NCBI GenBank assembly: GCA_039794085.1 | Contig: JBDIWC010000011.1 | Span: 1 to 64,000, forward strand | DNA length: 64,000 bases | DNA from: Gemmatimonadales bacterium | Lineage (GTDB): Bacteria; Gemmatimonadota; Gemmatimonadetes; Gemmatimonadales; GWC2-71-9 | Direction: 5' to 3' | Shown here: positions 38,210 through 48,134 of the stretch, piece by piece | Position numbering within the stretch: the stretch's first letter is position 1 | Layout: every line of letters begins with the position of its first letter | Program-made: the position numbers and the translations under genes | Notes under the pieces: generated by a model | Told to the model about the DNA's origin: nothing | The model's input: the letters and a program-made list of their open reading frames with translations, nothing else | Databases searched by the model: none

Positions 38210-39083
38210 AGACCGTCACTCCCAACCCAATCCGCTGGGCGACGACCTTGGCCCCGGTCTTCATGAGGCCAAGCGAAAGTTCATCACCCTCCAATTTCGT
38301 GATCTCCAGCGCCCCCAGCGCCTTCTCCCGCGTGACGGTACGCTCCCCGACCTTGATCTCCGACAGCTCGATGACGACCAGGCTCTGCTTGGGTCGTGCA
38401 CCAAGATTGCGCCCACCGTCGATCAGGAAGGTTGCCTGATTGGAATCTACTGAGATGCTCTCGACCTGCACGAGGGAGAATCGTGCGGGGAAGGCCTCCC
38501 GAAAGAATCCATCAAGCGCCTCCGTGGAGTTCTTGACGGCGGCACTGATCGCATCTTCCGGCGTCGTGTGCGCCGTGACTGCCCTGCGAAGCATCCCGCC
38601 CAGTCCCTTCTTCCCTCCGGAGTTCGCGTCAGCCGAGATGACGGAGGAACTCTTGACCTCCTGAGAGGCCACGTCGATGAGGCGGATGCTGACGGTCAGG
38701 TTGGCCTTGTAGCCGAGGCTCCCATCGGTCAGCCGCTCTTCGCTCAGCCCTAGCTTGTCGACATTGGCCGTCACGACGAGTTCAGCTCCCAAAGATTGGC
38801 CCTGGGCCGCCAGAGACTGACTGTTGATGAAGTCAAGGGTCTTCTGCACCTCGCGTTCACTGGATACCTTGTCGGCTTGGGTTCGGTCGATCACCCTGAT
38901 CCTGCCAAGACCACCCATTGTCTTGGCGAGAAGGCCCTCGAAGGAACGGGCAGCGTACCTGTCGGCATCTCCAGCCACAGTGGTTGAAATGGGCAGAATG
39001 GCCACAGCTGACTTGCCACTTTGTGCTTGAAGCGGGGCCAGCACGAGCGCTGTTGCGCCGAAGGCCCTAATGATTGACGGCAT
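38193..39083 (-). CDS. CsgG/HfaB-like exported protein
   Basis: Signal peptide; VAILP, R.RVIDR....V..E...Q, LGAELVV, IRLIDVASQEV. Confidence 0.75.
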   Translation of the reverse strand: MPSIIRAFGATALVLAPLQAQSGKSAVAILPISTTVAGDADRYAARSFEGLLAKTMGGLGRIRVIDRTQADKVSSEREVQKTLDFINSQSLAAQGQSLGAELVVTANVDKLGLSEERLTDGSLGYKANLTVSIRLIDVASQEVKSSSVISADANSGGKKGLGGMLRRAVTAHTTPEDAISAAVKNSTEALDGFFREAFPARFSLVQVESISVDSNQATFLIDGGRNLGARPKQSLVVIELSEIKVGERTVTREKALGALEITKLEGDELSLGLMKTGAKVVAQRIGLGVTVYAVAR

Positions 39084-39699
39084 GAGTACCATTTGCAGAC
39101 ACCTCTCAGTGATGAGTGTAGAGTCCCACCTCGGATCAATCAGGCGACCGAGGCGACTGGTGTTGTCAGGGGGCGAGCGATGGAGCCCCAAGGTGTTGCT
39201 CGACAGCGACCTCCCTACTTAAGTCACGAGCGTTATTCCGCCGTTATTGCGGGCACTGAGAGCTCTCGGGCACCCAGACCCTCACCAACAGGTTGACGGC
39301 TCGTACATGCAAGCCGAACTGCGCCCTGAACCCCCGGAAGCATAGGCGGGAAAGTGGTCCTTGCCTCAGGGAATCGTCACGCTCAACCCGAGCTGCCCAA
39401 CATCCATCAGACCACCCTCTCGAACCGCCAGATACCCCGCGGAAACAGGCTGGAAATCGATGTACTGAGCGAGCCGGATGCTGCAGCGCCGAGCGAGTCC
39501 GGATCAGCGTTCGGGTCTGGCAACATGCGGAGGAAGCGGGTAGCGCTCTCGTCCCAACCCAGGGACCATGACTGAATCGAGGCCAACTCAATCGAGTCCG
39601 CATGGAGGTCCTCCTGCACCTCCGCGAGCAGGTCCATCGCAGACGACGCATCGCCTCGCGTTTGCCACCATCCTTCGGTGAGGAGTCCGAGTGTGCGAG

Positions 39700-39852
39700 A
39701 TGCATCAGACCAAGAAGGGAAACCAGTGGCACTTTGGGATGAAGGCGCACGTGGGGTGGACAGCCGGACGAAATTGATCCATTCCGTGGTGGCCACGTCG
39801 GCGAATGTGCATGACAGCCAAGTGCTGGACCAGCTGCTCCACGGCCAGGAAG
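39700..39852 (+). mobile_element. IS5-family transposase internal fragment
   Basis: [18 protein letters not shown] / GVDS.TKLIHSV..T.ANVHD....LLHGQE, with a 1-bp frameshift. Confidence 0.9.
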
Positions 39853-40248
39853 CCACCGCATGAGGGTACTTCCGCCCCAGGGCGCCGGCAGCTCCACTCG
39901 GGCCGCCCCCTGGGCTAGGTCCCGCTGGTGCTGCACTCGCACCCGCTCCAGATGGCGAACCAGCGCCGGACGCACGACCTCCGGAAGCGACGTGACCCGA
40001 TCCTTCGCTCCCTTGGCGCGCCACAGCCGCAACTCCCCCCGCTCCAGGTCCACATCCTTCACACGGAGCGTCAAGGCCTCCAGCAACCGCAGCCCTCCTC
40101 CGTACAGCAGCAACGCCACCAGCTTCGACACCCCCTCCATCCGCGCCAGAACCCCCGCCACCTCCACGCGGGACAACACCACGGGGAGTCGAGTGGGTCG
40201 CCGCCCCGTGGGAATCGCCTCCAGCCCCTCCAGCGGCAGCTTCAGCAC
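39839..40248 (-). pseudogene. intI: Integron integrase, N-proximal catalytic-domain fragment
   Basis: RLPVVLSR.EV, LLYG.GLRL.EAL.LRVKDVD, KG.KDR.T.LP, ALGRKYPHA. Confidence 0.92.
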
Positions 40249-40411
40249 TGCTCGCCATCCGCCCTTCCGCCGCCAGATGGGTCAGGAACGCCCGGATCTC
40301 GGCGGCGCTGTGCCTGGCGCGGGCCGGAGGGTGAAGTTGCGATCACTGCAGAACACCATCAGGGCGAGCCGCTTGTAGGTCGGCCGGAGGGGAAAGATCG
40401 CCCCATGCCGG

Positions 40412-40725
40412 TTGTCGGCGCGGGCGGGGGGCGTTTCGATCCGCCTCGGGTTCGGCATGTTCAGCTTTGGGGCGGGTGTGATCTTCTCCGGGATCCTCGG
40501 GGTGATGGAGCGTCGCCGACGGTTGGATCAGATGTCCGTTCGGCGCTTTGCGAGGTGGGGACCGGTCGGGGGCCTTCTGCTGTCCGGACCTTTCGGTCTA
40601 GTGGCCCACCCTGGTGGGGGAGACTGGTGTGGAGATAGTGGTATTGGCTCCGGTGTTCGCGCTGTCGGGTTCCGCATCCGCAACGGGGTCGCTGGCGCTG
40701 ACCCGCATGGTGGGGCGGCGGGAAC
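40412..40725 (+). pseudogene. Degenerate copy of the membrane gene at 23918-24346
   Basis: ctcgggttcggcatg...ggggcgggtgtgatcttctccggg...gatcagatgtccgt is shared; frameshifted. Confidence 0.85.
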
Positions 40726-40752
40726 GACTCGAGGCTGGTGCGAACGCTTCAG

Positions 40753-41001
40753 CTATGCCGCGCCCCAGATGGACGGGCTGGGACGAACGGCGAGAAGATC
40801 ATCGTCGCGAACGGGACGGACTTCGTCGTTTCCGAGTGTCACCAATGCCTGTGTTCGACCGGAAGCAGTGACAAATTCCACCTCCAGTGATTCAGGGGCA
40901 TGGAAGTGCACCACCGCCCCGAGATCGCCGACCCGCAGGCCCGACTCCGGGAGGTCGTGCCGCAGGACGACCGTATCGAGTTCGCGAAGGGCTGTATTCA
41001 T
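40753..41001 (-). CDS. DUF4926-like protein
   Basis: ELDTVVL..DLPE.GL..GDLGAVV....EVEFV..SGRT.ALVTL. Confidence 0.8.
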   Translation of the reverse strand: MNTALRELDTVVLRHDLPESGLRVGDLGAVVHFHAPESLEVEFVTASGRTQALVTLGNDEVRPVRDDDLLAVRPSPSIWGAA

Positions 41002-41260
41002 CTGCCCATCTCCGGGTATGCCGTGACGAACCGCGGAAATCCTTCATCCAGCCGGACGATCCACACCGTCATGATGGCCCCGGCTCCATCGAGTCCCTCA
41101 AGCATACCACGGACCAGATATAGCTGTCCAAACGGGGTCGTCTTGCTCGGGGATGCATCACCGGCCCGGGCGATAGTGCGAAACGCGGCCTGAAGGTCCT
41201 CCCAGTTTTCAGTCGTGAAACCCAGCGCACGAAACACCCGCGCCTTCGCACGCCCGACCG
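40998..41260 (-). pseudogene. DUF6883-like protein, 5'-truncated
   Basis: G.AKARVFRALGF, TPFGQ.Y, TVWI, PRFVTAYP; coupled to the DUF4926-like gene. Confidence 0.7.
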
Positions 41261-41298
41261 GGCGCCTCGCGGTCCCACGACATCAGCGGGCAGTCGCT

Positions 41299-41702
41299 TC
41301 AGGGGTCTCGCGGCCCGACCGTTGGATCCAGGCCAAAGATCATGATTGCGATGCCTAGGATCCAATAGAGCGCCAAGGTGAGCCGGTCGCCGAGAAGGAT
41401 CCTGAGCTCCTCGATCGCTCCAAGTTCCCACACCCACCACACCCGTGGGTTGACGAGAAAGCAACTGAATCCAAGAAGCAGTGCAACGCCTCGATCGGCA
41501 TGCTCGGGTGCCCATTCCGTGATAGCGACGGCGCCAGCGCCCAGGGCCAACAGGGTAAGGAGGTAGCCGAGGAAGGTTTGCCACAGAGGGTGGGTGGCCT
41601 CCGGAACCTCGAGGTCACCGCGGAAAAGTGGTACAGGCGCATCATGACGGTTGCGCCGACAAGTCCGAGAAGGCCGTAGAGTGCGAGTCGGCCGGGTGTC
41701 AT
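41299..41702 (-). pseudogene. Frameshifted membrane protein
   Basis: Two hydrophobic ORF halves in different frames. Confidence 0.45.
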
Positions 41703-41739
41703 CGCCCTGGACGGGTTCTGGAGGTGCGGGACCGTGCCC

Positions 41740-43171
41740 TCACGGCATCGCCTTCGCCAGCGACTCGGTCCCTCCGACGACCGGGAGCACCAGACGGGTG
41801 GCGTCGAGATCCAGGGTGAGTTCCGTGCCGGGCGCGGGCCAGAGGGTGAAGTCGCGATCGATGGAGAACACCATCAGTGCGATGCGCTTGCCGGCCGGAA
41901 TGACCTGGTCGTCGGGCTGCAGGGTGAAGGTCATGCTCACGAACTTGCCCGGCACCAGCGGTGTCCCCTGCGAGAGGGACTCCCGGTTCTGCAGGGCGGC
42001 CCAGCCCCGGGTGATGACGCTGAAGTTGGGCTGGCGGGGAGCGGCATCGGCCCACGGAAGCGCCACGAGCCAGACACTGAGGTTGGCCGCCGGCTTGCTC
42101 GAGGCCATGGACACCGTGACCCGCGCCGTCCCCGAGAGGTGGACCGCCTCGGTGAGCTCAGGTGTCGCGTAGAGGAGCCGGTGCTCCGACCGGGCGGAGC
42201 GCGCGAGTGCCGCCCCGCTGCTGTCGACGTTGTCCACCAGACGCTCATTCCCCTGACCGGTGCGCCGAGCGAGCGAGAGCCCACCCACCGTGCGGCCACC
42301 CCGTTCAGGGTGCAGGGTTACATCACGTGCGGCTGGGTGCGGATAGGCCGGGTACGGTGTGGGAGCATTGCGCGCATCGCCCTCGCGGACGATCCAGCTC
42401 TTCGGGTCATTCTCCACCCCATTCTCGATGCCGTAGAGATAATGCGAAAACCACCGGCCCCTCGACGCCGGTGACCGCCGCGGCCAGGGGGAGGGTACCG
42501 TTGTAGGAGGTGCCGGTCATCCCCACCTTGCCGGTGGACCAGTCGGCACGCACTTCCTCTGTGCCGTCGCGGGTGGTGAAGCCCCGGGCCCGACCGTTCA
42601 ACCAGTCGATCACCGCCCGGGGAGCGAGCGACTCGTTGCGTCCGCCCACGGTGGGACACCCCTGCGAGAGACCGGTGCCGGGCGACTCGGAGTGGACCAC
42701 GGCAAAGCCCCGGGGCACCCAGTCCCGCACGTGAGAGTTGCTGATCCGCTCCCGGCCAGGCTCGAACGGAATCGCGGGCTGCGACTGCCTCGGGGAAGGG
42801 GGAGCACCCAGCTCCTGGCGCACGTCCCAGAGGTGGGAGCGGGGACCGGAGGTGCCCGCGAAGTAGGGGCTCGATTCGAATATCACCGGAACCCGGTTGC
42901 CGGGGCCCGTCTGCGCCGGACGAGTGACATCCACGTGCATCCGGTCGGGGCGGCCGTCGCCGTCGGAGTCGAAGTTGGTCTCCACCCAGAGGCGTTCCCG
43001 GATCCACCGGGTGGAGTCGGCAAAGGCGGGGACCACCTGGGCCATTCCGTTCTCGAACACGGCGCGGATCGGCGTGGGAGGAAGGTCCTGTGCGCCTAGG
43101 ACGGGGGCGGGGGCCAGCGCGAGGGACAGTACCAGGGCTGTGGTGACCTGTGGACGGACGATCCGGAACAT
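41740..43171 (-). pseudogene. Xaa-Pro dipeptidyl-peptidase (S15/CocE-NonD) with an internal deletion
   Basis: DSDGDG.PDR, SSPY, GTSYNG; jumps out of frame from 'TGVEG' to 'WFSHYLYGIENG'; C-terminal PepX_C-like domain present. Confidence 0.88.
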
Positions 43172-43267
43172 CGTGACTCCTGGGTGGCGCGGGAGAGCCA
43201 AAGAGGAAGATCGCAATCTACTCCCGCGCGGCTCGGGAGTCTCATGGGGACGACCGACCGGGATCTC

Positions 43268-43798
43268 CTACAGGGCGGCCTTGCGCCGCCGCCGTGTCGG
43301 CGTTGGCTTCGCCTTCGGCGTTGGGGGTGATTTTGGTTTGATCGGCTGCACGACGACATCCACCCTGCGACCGAGCAGGTGGAGAAGCGCCAGCAGTTGC
43401 CCCGCGGACTTGTGGGGATTGGCGGGATCCAGCAGCCGGTAGAGTTGGCTTGCCGATGTTGCCAGACGCCGAGTCAGCTCTCGTTTGGCCAGATCACTCT
43501 CCTCCACGGCCTTGCGTGCCTCGACGGTCAGCCGATGAAGAAGAACCTCGTTCAGGTAGGACGGATCCTGATGGTACTCCAGGACCGCATCGAGGTGGAT
43601 GGTGTCCTCCGCACCGGACTCCAATTTGTAGGTAAATGCCTCCTGTCCAATCTCCTTGTCTGGATAGACCTCCACAACGGGATCCCCGCTGTCCGGTCGG
43701 ATCTCAAGTTTGGCATAGGGATACGTGAAGACACCGCGGGCGGTTCGGACCTCGAATGCCTTCTTGCGGTTGTTCGCGTCCACATTCAGGATCTTCAC
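43268..43798 (-). CDS. Putative antitoxin with a C-terminal HTH
   Basis: GTG start overlaps the upstream stop; 'KRELTRRLATSASQLYRLLDP'. Confidence 0.7.
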   Translation of the reverse strand: MKILNVDANNRKKAFEVRTARGVFTYPYAKLEIRPDSGDPVVEVYPDKEIGQEAFTYKLESGAEDTIHLDAVLEYHQDPSYLNEVLLHRLTVEARKAVEESDLAKRELTRRLATSASQLYRLLDPANPHKSAGQLLALLHLLGRRVDVVVQPIKPKSPPTPKAKPTPTRRRRKAAL

Positions 43799-43989
43799 AG
43801 CATTCCCTCTTCCTCGAGTTCGGTGATGGTTCGAAGAACCCGATCGGTGATCATTCCCTTCATGGGCATCCGGTCTTCCAGATTCCACTTGACGATGAGC
43901 CGCCCGTCCCGGTAGACGTGGACATGCCGTGGGGGGTGGTCGCCCTTCCAGGTGACGAAGATGAAACCGCCCCGGCGGATCTTGCCCAT
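43795..43989 (-). CDS. DUF4160-like small putative toxin
   Basis: DHPPRHVHV motif; 64 aa. Confidence 0.75.
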   Translation of the reverse strand: MGKIRRGGFIFVTWKGDHPPRHVHVYRDGRLIVKWNLEDRMPMKGMITDRVLRTITELEEEGML

Positions 43990-43995
43990 GGGATA

Positions 43996-44024
43996 ACGTT
44001 ACCGCCCACGGTAACACTTGTCAA
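43996..44024 (-). promoter_or_regulatory. Leaderless sigma70 promoter with a palindromic operator
   Basis: TTGACA-17-TAACGT-6-ATG; GTTACCG-N4-CGGTAAC overlaps the spacer and the -10. Confidence 0.75.
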
Positions 44025-44585
44025 GATCGGGGAGGAGTCAACCCGGAGGAGAAGCCGGATGAAGATGCCTGGGACAACCATTCTGGCTGATGGCGAGTGG
44101 TCCGAGGGTCGGTGGTGGAACCGGATCAACGCAAGGGCGCAAGGACGCGAAGACGCACAGGACTCCCTCCTCTGGGCACCCCGGCGAGAGAACAGCTGCT
44201 CACGCGAAGCCGCGAAGCCGCGAAAAGGTTCGCATTGCCAGGTTCAGCGGGAACCCACCACATGAGAAAGAGGTGACCCCGCCCACCACCACCACCCATC
44301 ACCAGCGGTCCCGGTGCAGACAATGGATCCTCCATGGTATCACATCCTCCGCGCCGACCTGGATGCGGGACCGGGTCGATTGATCCTAGCGCCCTGGCGA
44401 CTTGGCGCCTTTGCGTTGGGTTGTTCGTTGTGCAGGGCGGCCCGGCAACCCGGACGACGGGAAGTACACCGGGAACCTCGTCAGATCCCCTCGCAGGCTC
44501 GGGGCAGGCTCCTCGCTTTGCCCGGGATGACGGGTATAGGCTGTTCGGTCAATCGATCAGAGTCCCCGCAACCCTTTGATTACGG

Positions 44586-45362
44586 CTACTCTCGCCCGGT
44601 GAGGTTCAGCGCGTTGCCGGACTCGATCCGCGCCCGGTCCTCCGCTGCCAGATCCAGGAGATCAAGCTTCGCCATCGCATTCTCCGGGAGACGGAGCGGC
44701 TGTCCCGTTCCGAACACGAACCGCTCCGCGCCGAGGGTGGTGAGGAGCGTCTCCAGATGATCCTCCGGCGGCCCCCAGATCCAGCTGATGTCCCACAGCA
44801 CCCGCGACGACTCGGCGCCAGTGGACCCGAAGTGCACCTGCTCGATGGTGTCGCGATCGGCATGGGTGACGATGAACTGCGTTCGGTCATCAGCCCGGAG
44901 GAGCTGGCGGATGGCGGACGCCGGGAGGTCGGTCGCGTGGTCCATCGGGTGACGCTGGCGGCCATCCTCCAGGCGCACCGCGAGGAGCAGGGGGAGGTCC
45001 CGGGAGCCGCACCCATGCACCAGGGCACGCATCGCCTCCCCGTCGGGTGACAGACCCCAGAGCATCGGATCGGCGCGGACCGCCGGCACCCGGGAGGCCA
45101 TAGCCCAGCCGAGGGTTTCCTCCCAGGCCGGGAGCCCGGGATGCACCGCCGGCACCGGCCGGAGCTCGCGCGCCGCTGACACAGTGTCCACCAGCCACCC
45201 ATTGCCCGCCATCGGATCCTTCCAGAAGAGGGCAGGGAGGTGGCTCACCCACGCCTCGTCGATCTGATGGACTCGGAGCGACTCCCGCAGGTCGGCCAGC
45301 GAGGTGCCGGTGACGTGGCGCCAGGGGTAGGCTCCGACAAAGGCGTTGATGTCAATGCGCAT
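44586..45362 (-). CDS. Amidohydrolase-family (Amidohydro_2-like) protein
   Basis: RIDINAFVG.YP, FVFGTG.P, I.SGNA. Confidence 0.78.
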   Translation of the reverse strand: MRIDINAFVGAYPWRHVTGTSLADLRESLRVHQIDEAWVSHLPALFWKDPMAGNGWLVDTVSAARELRPVPAVHPGLPAWEETLGWAMASRVPAVRADPMLWGLSPDGEAMRALVHGCGSRDLPLLLAVRLEDGRQRHPMDHATDLPASAIRQLLRADDRTQFIVTHADRDTIEQVHFGSTGAESSRVLWDISWIWGPPEDHLETLLTTLGAERFVFGTGQPLRLPENAMAKLDLLDLAAEDRARIESGNALNLTGRE

Positions 45363-45389
45363 GGAAACCCATGTACGAGAATGTCTGGC

Positions 45390-45707
45390 TCATTTCTTCC
45401 GTGTGGCCCTCCGGCGTGCCTTACGCTTCCGGGGACGCGCTCCGGTGTCGGCCGTGACCTTCTCCGGGAAGGGCCATTCGTCTCCCGGAAAAGGCTCCCG
45501 GTCAGGAACCGTGCGCAAGACCCGTTCGAACACGGCACGATCTCCGCGCGTGGCGCGTTCCTTCAGGTAGTCCACGGTGAGCAACGCCGACATCTTCTCC
45601 GCCACCGCCGTGGCAATGAACTGATTGAACGAGATGTCATCCTGCGCGGCCAGCTCCCGGACCTTGGCAGGCAGGGAATCGGGAAGTCTCAGGCGGAGTG
45701 TGCTCAT
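45390..45707 (-). CDS. Orphan ribbon-helix-helix antitoxin (HicB-like)
   Basis: MSTLRLRLPDSL...RELA..D.IS.NQFIA.AVAEK.SAL.T.DYL.ERA.RG. Confidence 0.8.
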   Translation of the reverse strand: MSTLRLRLPDSLPAKVRELAAQDDISFNQFIATAVAEKMSALLTVDYLKERATRGDRAVFERVLRTVPDREPFPGDEWPFPEKVTADTGARPRKRKARRRATRKK

Positions 45708-46140
45708 GGTTGATCTCTACCACTCGCTCTCACGCCGCCGCGAAGGGGTCAATTCGCGGATCTCGCGGTCGGCGCCGGTCCGGCGCCGATGGTCGGAAAA
45801 AACGCTCACCATCGACCCGGTTCCGTGCGTAGCCGTTCATCTTCCACGGCTTGCACAGAAGGCACCCGGCTCGGCGATTCTTCGGACGATACCGCTTGTG
45901 GTTTGGCATGACACCTCCTGACGGCTGCCCTACTACGAGCGAGCCTCCGCACGCCCTTCAAGAGAGCGTGTGGAGCAAAGGTACCATGCAAGCGGCGGCG
46001 TCGACAATGCGATGTTGAAGCGACCCCATGGGACAGGAACCTCTCTCGGACTCCTTGCGCCCCTGCGCCGTTGCGCCTTCGCGTTAACGCTCTTCCCGGC
46101 GGTGCGTATCCAGGCGGTCCGGACGAGACGCTGTCCTCCT

Positions 46141-46944
46141 TCAAACTTCGAACTTCAAACTTCCTCGGGGGAAGATCCGCTCGGCGTTCCCGCTCCGCAC
46201 CAGCTCCAGGTCCCCGGCGGTAAGTAGCCGCTCCAGCCGCCGCAGCTTGGCCCACCCCGTCTCCATCGTCAGATCACACCCCCAGAGCAACCGCTCCACG
46301 CCCACCGCCTCGAGACACGCTTCCAGCATCCCGGAATCGACGCCACTTCCCGACAGATCGACCAGAATATTCCCGTCGCGCCGAATGGCCCGGAGGGTGT
46401 GAGTCCAGTCGCCGCCCCCGCCGATGTGCGCCAGGATGAAGTGAACCCCCGGATGCCGCCGGGCCAGCACCGCCAACTCGTCTCCATCACTTGCCTCCTG
46501 GCCCGGCCAGTCCCGCCGGCGATGCTGCCAGATGTGCTGCAGAATCGGCACTCGGTGCCGCGCAGCCGACTCGGCGATCGGATCGATCAGCGGGTCGGTG
46601 GTGCGGCGGCTCGCGGCCAGCTTGATCCCGATCATCCCCGCCGCAAGGCCCCGGTCGATCTCCTCCAGGGCGTGTCCGGTGAAGTTCGGGTTGACGCAAA
46701 CGTATCCCCGGATCCGGTCCGGGTGTTCCCGCTCCCACGCCCGCAGCCAGGCATTCCCATGAGAACAGTCGGTGGGAGAGGGGAAATAGGTGGGGGAGGT
46801 GCGTCCCCAGCTTCCCAGCACCGACGCGACGTGGGTCGTGATCCCGATCCGCGATCCGGCTCGGAGCCGGCTGGCGTTGCGCTCCCGCCAGTCGGCCCGG
46901 GGAGAGGCGTCGTGATAGAAGTGGGCATGAACGTCGATCAGCAT
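46141..46944 (-). CDS. Amidohydrolase family protein
   Basis: IDVHAH, ILAHIGGG, LLWG.D, GNA.RIF. Confidence 0.88.
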   Translation of the reverse strand: MLIDVHAHFYHDASPRADWRERNASRLRAGSRIGITTHVASVLGSWGRTSPTYFPSPTDCSHGNAWLRAWEREHPDRIRGYVCVNPNFTGHALEEIDRGLAAGMIGIKLAASRRTTDPLIDPIAESAARHRVPILQHIWQHRRRDWPGQEASDGDELAVLARRHPGVHFILAHIGGGGDWTHTLRAIRRDGNILVDLSGSGVDSGMLEACLEAVGVERLLWGCDLTMETGWAKLRRLERLLTAGDLELVRSGNAERIFPRGSLKFEV

Positions 46945-48134
46945 CAGTGCGCTCTCCCGGTGATCTCGGCCAGGACGTCATCCAACCCCGACAGCGTTCG
47001 CTCCACTTCTGTGGTTCCGTGGGCCAGTGACGCGAAGTTGTACGCCGACCGCTTGAGCAGGATTCCCCGCCGGACCATGCCGAGCGTCACCCTCCGGGTC
47101 ACGTCCTCGCTCCTCCATTGGAGATGACACATCTCGGCAATACCCCGGGCGCCCAGGATGAGGTCGGGATGCCGGCCGGCGAGACCGAGGAACCCCGAGT
47201 ACAGCAGCCCCCCGATGCGGCCGAGATGCGCGGGCACCTCTTCCGTCTCCATCACCTCCAGTGTGGCGAGCGCCGCCGCCAGGGACACGCTCTCGGTGGC
47301 GAGAGTGGACGAGATCCAGGTGCGGTGTACCGTCTCCATCACGTCCCGGCGGCCACCGACCACGGCGAGGGGGAACCCGTTGGCCAGCGCCTTGCCGATG
47401 ACCACGAGGTCGGGGATCATGCCGCCACCCCAACGCTCCACTGCACCACGCGGAGCCACCCGCCCGAAGGTCTTGATCTCGTCGAGGATCAGCAGTGCCC
47501 CCACCGCGTCGGTCTCCTGCCTCAGGACCTGGAACCACTCGGGCGACGGCGGGGCGTCCACCGCCGGCTCCACCACCACGGCCGCAAGGTCGCCACCGAG
47601 TCGCCGGATCGTTTCCCGCGCCACCTCGGGATCGTTGAAGGGAATGGTTCCATACAGGGCGCGGACCGCGTCGGGTACTCCCTCTCCCTCCTGGGTGCAC
47701 CAGTCGAGCCAGCCGTGATATCCGCACCCCAGTATGCGGTCGCGACCGGTGAACACGCGGGCCAGCCGAACTCCGGCGGCCACCGCCTCGGCGCCGGTCT
47801 TGAGAAACCGGACCTGTTCCATCCAGGGGAGCAGGGTCACCAGCCGGTCGGCGAGTTCCTCCTCCTCCACCGGGGGGAGCGGCCCGGTCACCCCCCGTGC
47901 CGCCGCGGCCTGGACCGCCGTCGTCACCGCGGGGTGAGCGTAGCCCAGCGCCACGGCGCCGAGTCCCATGTGCCAGTCAAGGTATTCGCGCTCCTCGGCG
48001 TCGAACACCCGGCACCCTTCGCTCCGGAGCATCCGTTCGGGCGCGCCGTCGGCGGAGCCGCCGTAGATCACGCCGGGCCGCTTGCTCCCCGTGGAGGTGA
48101 CACCCGCCACGTGGTTCAAGTCAGGTCGAGCCAT
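46944..48134 (-). CDS. Class III aminotransferase (GSA aminomutase/SpsC-like)
   Basis: G..VFD.E...YLD..MGLG...LGY, FLKTG.EA, GYHGW.DW, LILDEI.T, GKALANGFP. Confidence 0.9.
   Translation of the reverse strand: MARPDLNHVAGVTSTGSKRPGVIYGGSADGAPERMLRSEGCRVFDAEEREYLDWHMGLGAVALGYAHPAVTTAVQAAAARGVTGPLPPVEEEELADRLVTLLPWMEQVRFLKTGAEAVAAGVRLARVFTGRDRILGCGYHGWLDWCTQEGEGVPDAVRALYGTIPFNDPEVARETIRRLGGDLAAVVVEPAVDAPPSPEWFQVLRQETDAVGALLILDEIKTFGRVAPRGAVERWGGGMIPDLVVIGKALANGFPLAVVGGRRDVMETVHRTWISSTLATESVSLAAALATLEVMETEEVPAHLGRIGGLLYSGFLGLAGRHPDLILGARGIAEMCHLQWRSEDVTRRVTLGMVRRGILLKRSAYNFASLAHGTTEVERTLSGLDDVLAEITGRAH

Noticed and set aside
39244..40248. Full-length 334-aa integrase ORF
   Set aside because: Only about the first 120 aa are IntI-like; the rest is out-of-frame read-through across the antisense IS5 fragment and lacks the HxxR/Y catalytic region
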